Notes under the pieces: generated by a model | Told to the model about the DNA's origin: nothing | Databases searched by the model: none | What the model saw: only the letters and a program-made list of their open reading frames with translations | Origin: Amoebophrya sp. A120 | Taxonomy: Eukaryota > Protista > Dinoflagellata | DNA length: 64,000 nt | Reading direction: 5' to 3' | NCBI GenBank assembly: GCA_905178155.1 | Contig: CAJINV010000022.1 | Location: 186,001 to 250,000 of the forward strand | Part shown: positions 26,301 through 37,524 of the stretch, piece after piece | Numbering within the stretch: the first letter of the stretch is position 1 | Layout: every line of letters begins with the position of its first letter | Translations under genes and position numbers: made by a program

Positions 26301-29300
26301 CTGCGATACTTTTGCAATCCATACGGGCTCTGGTGCCCTGCGAGCGGGTCACGCTGTGGGTGCCGGATCAGGATGCGGAATTAGGGTTGAAGGATATCGC
26401 AACCAGTTCTATCAAGGCGGACACGTTTCTTGTGCAACAAGGAGCAGTTCAGGGTACCACGGGCGTCGAAGGGGTTGGCGGGGGAGAAGAAGGATTACTA
26501 ACCGCTTCCATGGACGAAGACATCAACCGGGTCGGTGGAGTATGAACTGCAAAAGTATCGTACTACGTAGTAATTGCAATACAAATTCGCTCAGCATCAC
26601 AAACGGAGTTTGTCATGCTGACTTGCCTTGGGAACGAGATTTGTAATGCATGACTGCAATTAGAATTACTACGAGCACGATACTTTTGCACAGGATATGG
26701 AACTACAAGCACGAGTAATAAGGAAAAACCACCTGCAGGCACAAGGTTTTCCTCGCGTCCGCAGAGCTCCTCTTCCTCCCGCAGCCGGGAGTCCTGCTAC
26801 GGATCCGTCGGAGGAGGCGGTGGACTACACCCACACAACACATCAAACACTGCGAACAAAACAGTAACCCCGGAACGGCGTTTGAAGTTGTTGGCGAAAC
26901 GGGCGCTGGAGTCCCAGGAGTTGCTGAACCTGTTGTTACCGCCGACTGGCGGGGTCGTGGGTGGAGGTAGTACCAAACCGCCCCGGTTGAGCGAAAATGG
27001 GATGATCAGCAAACAGGTTTCTGGGAATGACGAAAAGTTGCTGGATAACACGGTCTCCTCCTTACCACCTTCCACGCCCTCCGCCTCGGTGGAGCAGATT
27101 GGCGATCAATCGGATGGAAAAAAGGAGAAAAGTGCAACCAAAGCCGGAGCAGCAGGTGCAAGTGTTGAAAATATGTTGTCGCTTTACTCTCTAGTTTTAC
27201 GTCTACTTCTATGTGATGTCTACTTTTTTCTTGATCATCCTCTAAATGATGAAAAGAGAATCAGCAGTTGCTTCTACTCAATGATTAAGATTAGGGTGGA
27301 CCTTACTTCGAATGCGCTGCATTCTGGAGAACATCTCCCTAAACACGACCTTAATTCGATATTACCACGATTAAATCTTCGGGCAAAATGAGATTCGAAT
27401 TGGTAAGTACTAGTAAGCGAAAAAGATCACCCAAAATCCTATCTCCCTAACCGCGGCTAGCTACAGGTACTACCCTGACGCCCTCCGGTGGTGCAGCAGG
27501 AGGTGGTTGCGTCGTGGTCCCGAGGCAAAGCCACACAGACCGCATCAGTTCATCCTCGATTGACACTGATAACTACAAGCGGTCTTCGCGCGAGTACGCA
27601 AAATCTTCAATACAGTCGTTCGTCTGGTGCAGGATTGAAATTTCTCATGTAGACATTTCTGATTTATTTGCAGCCAGCGTGCCCGCTCAATATTTCCGAT
27701 TGGGCATGATTCGGAAGGAGAAAAATGAAAAAAATCTGCAGAAGACGTTATCTATCTTATGCCATCGAAAGATCTCTTCACACGTACCCCGACGACTTTA
27801 CTTTTCCCAATCTTCCATACCCCGCTGACCGCCTACCAAAGCGCTCTCTCCATCCCTATCCGCGGTTCAGCCGAACAAAATCCGTACTTTATCCTGAGTA
27901 AAAACGTCCCCATACCAGAGTCAACGTGGAAAATCTGCTAGACAAATCGGCCAACTTTGGTTGTCTCGCATGTCAAGTTTGTCCTCGTAGTGTAATCCTG
28001 TTTAGCTAGTTCAGAAGCGTCACAGATCTAGCTGCGCATCATGCTATTTCTAGCATCACAAATCCCAAAACGCGACTAGAAAAAGCTTCTCATGGGGCTT
28101 CGCATGAGAAACTTTTTTGGCATGCAAATTTGCATGACGACTCTGGGGTGGGGATGTTTTTTCTTGGGATATACTTTTTAAGCGGACAAAAACCTGCTGC
28201 GATCGGGGTCATCCAGTTTGTAAACCGCATTGTCAACGCCGTGGACGCGCAAGCGATTCAGAATGCGGCGAGCTTCGATGTTCTCGGGCGGGAAGTCCCG
28301 GCGGGTCAACATAGCGCTGCTGGTGTCGCTGCTGGAAGTAAAAATCATGCCGAAGCGGACCAACAACACATCATCCAGATTGGAAGGACTGCTACCGAAG
28401 ATCACAACGTTGATAACGATGTTCTTGGAAAGTCGCCAAGTTTTTCATCTCCGAATCGCATGAGCGGCTGCAATGCCGGTGATCATAACCACGCGGACAT
28501 AGGGGCGCTTGAGCCGTCCGGAACAACTGCCGCGATCGCGAGCAGTGCGAAGCTGCAGCAAGTATCCACAGAAAAAAACCCATCCACATCCATTTTTTGC
28601 ATGACAAACACAGAATTTCATGTATGTTTTGCATGACAAATTGGATGTGGATGGGTGTTTTTTCCTGGATAGAAAGTGGATTTTTTCCACAAGTACCCGA
28701 CGGCCTCAGCCAGCATGACGGAATCGATGTCCCTCCTCCGGCCGGGAGGTGCTACTGCTTCTGTGGGCTTGGGACAGCACGACATCTCGAGTGTGGCGAA
28801 ATTCGCCTCGGCAAAAACCAGCCCGGAGTTGCAACTGGAACCTTCCTGGTCCATTAACAGCAACGCGGGGAAAACCATGTGGGCCAGTATCTGCAAGGGG
28901 AGTTTCGTATCCTGTGCAAAAGTACCGTACTCGTAGTAATTGCAGTCATGGTGCATTACAGTTTTTTTTCTTAAGGGAAATCCGCATGACAATTTTTTTT
29001 TCTCTTGCTGAGGAAATTTGTCATGCATTTATACGAATGCGATGCTTTTGCATTGCATATTTCGCCATGAACCACAAAACTCGGAAAATGAGCATCATGT
29101 CGACGCAGGGCGGTGGAAATCTCACCTCCTCCGGGTTGGGACAACCCCGCAGTTCGGCACCCAGTTGCAACGGCCCGATTAACTTCGGTAACACCAACAA
29201 TTTTGCCAACGTTCCGGAGCAAGCGGCTCTGTCTTTCGCGGAGCGGGAAGCGTCAAACCACGAAAACCAAAACTGCGCAGTATCAGAAAGCGGGAAAGAA

Positions 29301-32300
29301 TCGGCGAAGTCTGCTGCGACTCTAGGCGGGACGAACCAGACGACCGTACAGATGAACTCGTCCCCATTAGAAAACATCCCCTCCGGCTCAGAACTGCCAC
29401 ATAACCAGGAGCAAAATCAGCAAACGGCGGCGACAGCGAATCGGAACAGCCGGCGGTTTGAGCGGAGAAGTTCGAACGCGACGTCGATTAACAGTTCGCC
29501 GACAAGTATGGGAGTGTCAGGATTGAAAGCGATAAAGTTGAAATATATTTATAACTTGTAATGCATGAAATCGATACCAGTTGGAAACCCAATTTCTAGG
29601 CGGCGCATGACAAATTTGGGTAGAGCCCAAATCCAGTTTGTAATGCTGTTTGGGTAAGGGAGACGCCTTTTGTCGTGCTAGTTTGGCAGCTCTGTTTCTA
29701 CCCCCCAACAGGCTTACAATCTGCCTCCCTTGCCTACTCTACAAGACAGGCACTTACTGCGTCGCCTTTTATGCATGGCAAACTATTTCATCAGCTTGAC
29801 GACTTCAATCCTGACACTCCCATAACGAGTTCTCCAACGATGTCCACACCCAGGGACTCGCAGCACGACTCGCTGTATCCACTGCAAATATGTCTAGCTC
29901 TTGAGGAATGCAAACTTGTCATGTATATTTTCGATGCCCCACGAGGTCTGGAATGCAGGACCTAGCATGGCAGGTTCTGCGAAATAGTCTGTATCATGTC
30001 TATCCTGCATGACTACAAATTGCCTCCACAGCCATTGTTTAAAAGTGGACAGGTGTTGGTAATCATGCAACACAAATTTTTGTACGATCCAGACTTAGCA
30101 TGACAAGTTCGCGCCCTTCCAAACCCAGACATACTTGCAATCCATACACTGACCCTTGACAACGGCATGGTCATCCCGCGGAAAAGCTATTTAGCCGGGA
30201 ACACAACCATATGCACTGCAAAACTATCGTAGTAGTATAAATCGCATGACAAATTTCCTCAGCATAAGAAATGAAATTTTTGATGCGAATTCAACCAAAC
30301 AAAAAAAATTGTAATGCATAAATGCGATAAAAATTAGTGCGATACTTTTGTCATGCATAAACCAATTACCAGGACGCGGCCCTGTTCACCTTTTGCGACG
30401 TGCAGTTCATGTATGACAGTGCACAACTCCCCCTCCCCCTCATTTGTAATATAGCATGAACGGCAACAAGCAACAGCAAGAATGTCGGTTTTGCATGACA
30501 AACTTCTACTGGAGGAGAGAGCTATTTGGGCAGCTGCCAGAACTTGTCATGCAAGCAGTGCCAAGAGGCAAAGGGCGAATTGGGTAGGTTGCATGACAAA
30601 TGAGGGGGGGGGAGTTGTGCACTCTCATATCATGCAGGAGATCTGTGAATCACCCATGACACTTGGCGTTTACATCGCGACCTTGGCGAAGAAGTTAGAG
30701 CAGAAGGAACTCCAAAACAACGCGATTGCCGGTTTGGTTAAGACCATGTCGCGGGCGCTGAACGTCCCCGACATTATGGAAGCGATCCGCTCCAAAGTGA
30801 AAGACGTGCTGCAGTGTGAGCGCGCGGTTTGCTTTCTCGTCGATGAGGATCACCAACAAATTTGGTCACCCGCGAGCCACGACTGTCCGAATGGGCTGGT
30901 GGTCGGTGTGGAATCTGGGATTGTCGTATCCAGGAAAAAGCACCCGTCCCCATCCAATTTGCCATGCAAAACATGCATGAGCTCCAGTGTTTGTCATGCA
31001 AAAAAAGGATGGAGGTGGGCGTTTTTTTTTGTTTTTTCTGGATACGTCGGGATTGTCGCCCGGACCGGAGAATCTTACATGGCGAACCGGGTGCGGAAGG
31101 ACCCGAACTGGCTGGGGGATATCGAAGATAATTTCAAAACTAGAAATCTGCTAACCGTCCCGGTGAAAACGCAACAGAAGCTTCGGAATCAGGTCGTGGC
31201 GGTGGTGCAGGCGGTGAATAAGAAGGGCGATTTTGACCGGCACGATGTGGTATGCATTGCAAAAATGTAGTTTGGGTCTGGAAAAATGCCAGGTTTGTCA
31301 TGGTCTGCTAGCTTGACTGTCAAGTCTGTCATGCAAGGTACCCAAAAGCGCCACTTTTGTGTCATGCAAAAACCCAGGCTCTCATGCAGAATAGGCAACA
31401 CCTAGCGACTCAAAAACCTGTCATGCTGAGCCGTCATTTCTGGCGTTCTCTTGATTCGCCAACAAGCATCACAAGTTTCCAGACCCAGACATTTTTCCAT
31501 TTGATACGTGGAGATCATGAACATCTTGGCGTCGGAGATCGCGAATCATTTTGACCGGTTAACCTTGACGATTTTGCACGAGAAAGCGAAGATCGGGGCG
31601 CCGACGCAGGTGGAGTTGACCACGGCGTTGTTGGATTCGTTTTACATGGAGAATAACAACGGTATGATGACGGACCACATGAAAGACAAGATGAACAAGG
31701 AGAAGGAGAACGGACAAAATGAAAACAACGGCTCTTCCTCCACGGACCCCAATGGGAACGGCGGGGCAAACTCGAAGGAGAAGCAAGTCGGGATGCTCGT
31801 AACCGACCGCAAGAACTTCGAGCGGTCTATCGCGTTGAACTTGAATTTTTCCCAGGAGGGCCGGCTTCTGTCCGCCTGCACCTACGACCCAAGAACCTGC
31901 TGGGAAGTGCCGTACCACTCGCTGACGCTGGACGAGACGTTGGGGTTTCTGCTGACGGGGTTGGAGTTCGCGATGGAAACCATTCCGACGAAGACTTTGG
32001 TGAATGTCATGCGGGATTTCAAGGTATAATACGACAGAGTCATAGCAGATCTTCGCTTTCCTAAAGTTGCGTAGTATACAGAATCGGGTTGTGATGCTGC
32101 AGTAGCATGAGGAATTTCATGACAAAACCTCTCCACCTCAGGACAACTACCTCACCACCCCCCGTTTCCACAACTGGGGCCACGCATTGCAAGTTTTCCA
32201 CTCCGCCGTTTTGATGGACCATGTGACACCCAAACTGTCCGGCTTAATGGATTCCGTCCACTCCCTAGCCCTCTTCATCGCTACCATTGCCCACGACGTC

Positions 32301-34169
32301 GCGCACAGAGGGAAAAACAACGGCTTCGAAATTGCGAGTCAATCCGAACTGGTATCCGATGCAAAAGTATCGTACTCGTATTGCAGTCATGCATTGCAAA
32401 TCCTTTTCGTAAGGTAAATCCGCATTGCAGATTTTATTTGTCATGCTGAAGAAATTTGTAATGCATTTATACGAGTGCGATGCCATACTTTTGCAGTGCA
32501 TAACTGGCGTTACTCTACAACGACATCTCGGTTTTGGAAAATCACCACGCGAGTCTGTGCGGGCATATGCATTGCACATATGCCTGGGTCTGGAATAAAC
32601 CTGTAATGCTGAATGGTCATGAGTGAGTGCGCCTCTAAGTGCAGTATTGCATGACAAATTTTTCAAACGCTTTCTCATGCTTAACGCGCATTACAAACTG
32701 CGCTTTTTCATGATCGATGAACTTGCGGCACTTCTGTTGCAGCTTTTATGCAATGCAGATTTTTCTGGAGTCCTGGACACGCAATACAAGCTCAACCCTT
32801 CTAGACCCAGATACTTTTGCACTTGATAGGGCAGATTTTGAAACGACATGATTTCTTACAGCATGTCCCGGACGGGAAGCAGTTCCGGAAAATCGTGATC
32901 AACGCGATTCTCGGTACCGACATGAGCAAACACGGCGACTTGATGAAGAAGATGCAGACTTCGCAGATCGAATCCGACCAGGAGTTGGTTGTGACTTGTT
33001 GTACGCATTGTGCGGATCTCGGAGCGCAGGTCTTGCCCATCTCAACCGCCTGGGAATTCTACATGCGGTGCACGGACGAGTTTATGACAGTGCACAACTC
33101 CCCCTAACCCTCATTTGTATTGCATGAACAGCAATACAGACACCCCCACGTGTGGAGCCTGTGCATGACAAGTTTATGCGCCTGGTCTTCTACTGTTTGG
33201 GCTTCCGGAATCTGTCATGCAAACACTACCACGCAGCAGCGCTTGGATTTGGTATTTTCCATGGCAAATCAGGGGGAGGGGGAGTTGTGCACTCTCATAG
33301 AGTTTCAGCAACAAGCGCTGGATGAGAAGGAACTCGGTTTACCCGTAACTCCTTTCATGACCGGCCAGGAAAACCCGAAAACGCGCGCGTTTGGGCAAGT
33401 GCAGTTCATCGAGTTCGTCGTCATGCCCTTGTGGAAAGCGGTGTCGGAGGTGTTTCCGACAACGAAAATGGTCGCGGAGATTGCGAAACAAGGCGCGTCG
33501 AACATATCCACAAGAACAAATTTCCCGTACACGTACAACTGCGGTATCTGCATGACAAGACTTAGCTTCGATCCTAGTTTAGCATGACAAGTTGGACAGC
33601 ACTCCAAGTTAGCGAAATTTCTCATGCATTTTGTACATGTGCGGGAAATTTGTATTGCATAGAGCAACGGTAAGAACAATCAGGGAACGAGCAGTGAGCA
33701 AGTGTTGTCCCAGGACATGTCCATCCGGAAAGCTACGCAGCCGATTTCTGCCGCTTCCGCGCACAGCAGCCAACAATTGAGAAACGACTCCCGTGCGAAC
33801 TCGCACAACCAACAGGTGCAGTCGGAGTGGCTGAAGAATTTGAATGAAAATCTCGAGGTTTACAAGTTCGTCGCGAAGCACGGAAAACGAAAGTTTGAAT
33901 TGACGGAAGAGGAATTGCAACAGATCGAAATGGAGGAGAAGCGAGTGGAGGAAGAATTGAAACAAAAGGAAAAATTGGAACGGGAAAAGCAGAAGGAGAA
34001 GCAACACCAACGGGGGGCGACTGTCATCAAAAAGGCCAGTCCACCAGCAGCGGGGGTGAGTAGTGCTGGGGAGAGCAGTCGGGGGAACGCGGGAAGCGGT
34101 ACAACTACTGGGGCTCCGAGTAGCAGCCCAAGCAGCAGTAAGGATAGTAAGCCGAAAAGCTCGAAATAG
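23341..34169 (+). CDS. GAF-domain class I 3',5'-cyclic nucleotide phosphodiesterase; more than 20 introns
   Basis: Spliced product has GAF motifs (LVPCERVTLW; LQCERAVCFLVD; FKTRNLLTVP...VVAVVQAVNKKGDF) and PDEase_I motifs FHNWGHA, HDVAHRGKNN, ALLYNDISVLENHH, ILGTDMSKH, HCADLG, EFQQQALDEKELGLPVTPFM, QVQFIEFVVMPLW. One junction near 27630-27760 is unresolved. Confidence 0.93.
24124..24344. mobile_element. Introner, family C (tatgacagtgcacaact TIR)
   Basis: TSD gcgtt/gcgtt. Confidence 0.93.
24444..24694. mobile_element. Introner, family A
   Basis: TSD tgcgg/tgcgg. Confidence 0.93.
24792..24941. mobile_element. Introner, family B
   Basis: TSD gttct/gctct. Confidence 0.9.
25157..25392. mobile_element. 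Introner, family I (tatggcgttctcaaacgttaca TIR)
   Basis: About 40-bp imperfect TIR; TSD cttct/cttct. Confidence 0.92.
26153..26323. mobile_element. Introner, family B
   Basis: TSD cgggc/cgggc. Confidence 0.9.
26541..26697. mobile_element. Introner, family B, opposite orientation to 24792
   Basis: tatgaactgc...gcacaggata; TSD tggag/tggaa. Confidence 0.9.
27156..27466 (+). other. Conventional GT-AG intron
   Basis: cag|gtgcaag...ccctaac (branch-point-like)...ctacag|gt; restores frame. Confidence 0.75.
27890..28171. mobile_element. Introner, family G (tatcctgagtaaaaacgtcccca TIR)
   Basis: TSD tactt/tactt. Confidence 0.92.
28563..28671. mobile_element. Introner, family H; shortest copy, 109 bp
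   Basis: tatcca...aaaaacccatccacatcc / ggatgtggatgggtgtttttt..ggata; TSD gcaag/gaaag. Confidence 0.9.
28908..29059. mobile_element. Introner, family B
   Basis: TSD tttcg/tttcg. Confidence 0.92.
29507..29824. mobile_element. Introner, family D
   Basis: TSD acaag/acgag. Confidence 0.92.
29876..30146. mobile_element. Introner, family A
   Basis: TSD cgctg/cactg. Confidence 0.88.
30210..30359. mobile_element. Introner, family B
   Basis: TSD aacca/aacca. Confidence 0.9.
30412..30629. mobile_element. Introner, family C
   Basis: TSD tcatg/tcatg. Confidence 0.93.
30927..31044. mobile_element. Introner, family H
   Basis: TSD tgtcg/cgtcg; 123 nt removed, stop-free and in frame inside the GAF ORF. 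Confidence 0.88.
31251..31506. mobile_element. Introner, family A
   Basis: TSD tgtgg/cgtgg. Confidence 0.9.
32024..32141 (+). other. GT-AG intron that appears to be a decayed introner
   Basis: aag|gtataa...cctcag|gac; retains tgtgatgc, gcatga and catgacaaa motifs but no TIR; splicing restores FK|DNYLTTPRFHNWGHA. Confidence 0.8.
32353..32502. mobile_element. Introner, family B
   Basis: TSD actgg/actgg. Confidence 0.92.
32566..32828. mobile_element. Introner, family A
   Basis: TSD gggca/gggca. Confidence 0.9.
33083..33299. mobile_element. Introner, family C
   Basis: TSD gagtt/gagtt. Confidence 0.93.
33505..33661. mobile_element. Introner, family E
   Basis: TSD gaaca/gagca. Confidence 0.9.
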
Positions 34170-35969
34170 TCGGAGGGGTGTAAGTAAGGACGAGAAGTTT
34201 GTTCTGCAAAGACAAAGCTATCGCATTTTGATCTTTTGTATTAGTCGAAATTACAGCTTCTTCGTCCTTGAGCTTGTAATTTGACCTTTGAGAAGTGATC
34301 AAGTGTCTCTGATGTTGACATAGAAAGGTTTACAGCCGTCGGATCTACCATCCAATAGTACACGAGCGCGGAGGTCTTCTGCTTTTGAAAAGTGTAGTAC
34401 GGATGGAAGTTTGTTTTACATGCAGTGTACAGCCGAGACAGGACAAGGAATAGCACGTTCAAGCATGGCATGATCGAGTTTCAGCAACAAGTGAAATATG
34501 TGTAGCCTTCTGTACCAGTGCATGGTGCTGGGGCGGGGGCAATGATTATGATAGTAGATTTTCCCAGACCTGGTTCAGTTTCATTACTACGCTATGCAAG
34601 ATGCGCTAAAGAAAAAGAGCAGTGCCAGTAACTAGTGACAATGTCAGCTGTGTGCAAGAAAACAACTAGACAAAAATATACGATGAAGTTCTGTAAACGG
34701 AAAGCACTTTAACGAAGATCGCCAAAGAAGAAAGGTTACGAGCAGGCACATCTGAAGAACTATCGTAATGCGAATGTCTACATGGACATTCTTATCGGAG
34801 TCTAATCACAGATTGAAAGAATTATTTGAACAAATTCAAACTACTGTAGTTGTACACATGACATCGGATTTGGTATGGAATGCAGTCAGACTCAGATGTG
34901 GCCACGACACGGTAAGTTGTCCATGCGGGGGTATTTGCCGTGGTGGCTCTTGATGATGTTCCTTGAATTTCAAATTTAGAATCATCTGCGCTGCAAGATC
35001 ATGGCTAAGGACATCCAAGCCCGGTGGAATGATACAGATCTCTTTTTGTTGCGCTTAATACAATATGATCATGAGAAAAACGACGGATCACGGTCACATT
35101 ATCCGCCAAATTTTTCTCGATACTAATCCTGCGATCGAGATGAACCCTCAAGATCTGCGACGATGACACCAGCGGATCCGAAACCGCAACTCAAGAGCTG
35201 GTATGTAGATCCCCTTCTTTTCTCATTTTTTGCCCACTAGGTCGCGTAGAAGTCATCCTTTCGTGAAAAGCTGGACCGCTACATTATCGATTTCCCCGAA
35301 TTTATTCCGAATCTACCATCAGGCTACGGGAGATGAGTGAGCTACTACTAGGAGAAATACAGCGCAAGAAGATGGAAAGCGCAGGCAAAATGTAGCGGCT
35401 AGGAAGAAGGTCCACCACAAAGGAGGATGCCAGCTGCTCTTTTTTTCCACGCTCCAGGAGCTGCAGTCCCAGTTGATTTTATTGCGGTTGTCCGTCCGTC
35501 GCCATTATGTTCAACTCTTTCACCACAGAAGACGACGCGGAAACAACTGCTCGCTGGCTTATGCAGCAAAATGGTTGCGCCGCACAGGTATGGTTTTTTT
35601 GATTTCAGTAAATCTATGTCGTGTCGCAACCACATAGTTATGCACATGGTGCTGGTGTCATCTTCATGTTTCTAGTTTCGGATCCGCTCTTCACAACAAC
35701 TGACATTTCAACCCGAGCCTGAAACACTTCCAACCCACAGGTTTTTGCGCGGCAAACCTAGCCGAGAGCGAGATGAAGATTACACCACGAACTTGGCCGC
35801 ACACTCCTGTTGACCATCTTCACAAGTAGCGCGACGAACTGCTTACTCGCCTTCGACGACTGATGTTGCCGACGCAAGAACTTCGCAGCGCAGAGCGATA
35901 TCTTCGGCATGTTGGGAAGAACATCACGAGTCGCTTCTTACATCGTCGAAGGCACCAAATCTCCACCCT

Positions 35970-36305
35970 GGACACAAAAAGCACGACTGCGCAGAGGAAT
36001 TTTTCGGCTATTACCGTTCTTGCAACAGTTTGAGCTCACCCTGACGGAGCTCCAGATTGCCACAAGCCGGGTTCCTGTTCTGCGAGGAAGATCCCCGCGC
36101 CAGAGAGTAGAAAGTACTAACGGAGTAGATCGTAGTTGCGATTTCGCTTGTTCCTCACGTTTTCACTTTTCCTTCTGGATTTGTCATGCAAAACGCTGTT
36201 TAGGGACAAGATTTCGTAACTCGCGATAGTTTATTTTCAAAGTTAATGTCGTGAGCAATTTTTTCAAATATTGCGAACAAAACGGGGTCTACTCTTTTGA
36301 TGTCC
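35970..36305 (+). ncRNA. RNase MRP RNA-like gene, copy 1
   Basis: P1 GGACACAAAA/UUUUGAUGUCC; P2 CACGAC/GUCGUG; CR-I GAGGAAGAUCCCCG; P8 AGUA-GAAAG-UACU (GARAR loop); CR-IV AGUUA; CR-V AACAAAACGGGGUCUACUC. Confidence 0.85.
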
Positions 36306-36569
36306 ACAAAGGGAGAATTATAGTGTGTTTGTCGCCTATCAATAATGTTGATCTCGTCTCTCCTATTACCGAGGGAGCTACGCAAATTTCAACTTATCAT
36401 CTTAGACCCCATGCCGTAGTACCAAGGTAATAGTAGTGCTGCCGCAGCCCCCGCAGGTTTTTCTGGCTGTCGTAGCGAGTTCCACTAAAGTAGATGTAGG
36501 TGTAGAAAAACAAATCTGAAACTGGAGGAGTTGTTTTTATCTAGAAAGCGAGCCCGATGATTATATTAT

Positions 36570-36888
36570 GGACACGAAAAGCACGACTGCGCAGCGGTAT
36601 GTACCTTTGTCCCAGCGCGAGTCTACCGACGAGACTTGTGTTTACGGCAAGTCATTGTACCGTGTGCGAGGAAAATCCCCGCGCCAGAGGGTAGAAAGTA
36701 CCAACGGAGTAAATCGTAGTTGCGTTCTGGGTCACAAGTCAATATGTGTATACCCTCCCCATACCATATTCTGATGTGACAAATCTTCAGCCGAGGAAAT
36801 AACGGGATGTAACTTGCGATAGTTTTTAAAAGTTAATGTCGTGAGCATAGTTTTTGCTAACAAAACGGGGTTTACTCTTTCGATGTCC
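36570..36888 (+). ncRNA. RNase MRP RNA-like gene, copy 2
   Basis: P1 GGACACGAAA/UUUCGAUGUCC; CR-I GAGGAAAAUCCCCG; P8 GGUA-GAAAG-UACC; AGUUAAUGUCGUGAGC; CR-V AACAAAACGGGGUUUACUC. Confidence 0.85.
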
Positions 36889-37204
36889 GGCCACGATTAT
36901 GGGCTTCCTCTACTTTTTAGATTTTTCTCTTTCCTACTGCACTAGTTCTACGTGGACTTCTCTCCGATTATAGCCACCTCAATACGGGCGTGCAACGAGG
37001 CTGCGTCTGTACCGTCCCCGCAGCACACTACTTTCACTATTATTAGACCACAGAAAGGGCGGCGGCAGAGACAGCACTTGGCATGTTGATGCGCCTTTAG
37101 CACGGCGGTCATCCTAGTCTACCTCGCTTCTTCTCATGAAATGCGCCACAAGACATGTCTATGCAGTACATGTCTCGCGCTGGAACCAACCCCCACTACT
37201 TCCC

Positions 37205-37524
37205 GGACACAGAAAGCACGACTGCGCAGCGGGTAGTGAACTATTGTCCCAGCCGCACAGGCCCACCCTGACGGGGCTTTTGCGCGTGACAAATTGTACT
37301 CCCGATTGCGAGGAAAATCCCCGCGCCAGATGGTAGAAAGTGCCGATGGTCGATCACAGTTGCATTTAACATCGAGTCCCACTTCATTGCTTGTCTCTAA
37401 ACCTTCGTCTGTCTTGCATGACAAGGTGACACGCAGGGGCTCTGATGTAACTCGCGATCTTTTTCAAAAGTTAATGTCGTGAGCTTTTATAGCTAACAAA
37501 ACGGGGTTTACTCTTCTGATGTCC
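37205..37524 (+). ncRNA. RNase MRP RNA-like gene, copy 3
   Basis: P1 GGACACAGAA/UUCUGAUGUCC; CR-I GAGGAAAAUCCCCG; P8 GGUA-GAAAG-UGCC; AGUUAAUGUCGUGAGC; CR-V AACAAAACGGGGUUUACUC. Confidence 0.85.

Noticed and set aside
35970-37524. The three repeats as a MITE family or as nuclear RNase P RNA
   Set aside because: They have no TSD or TAT/ATA ends, and conservation follows internal helices. The CCCC/GGGG P4 and GARAR loop fit MRP better than RNase P.
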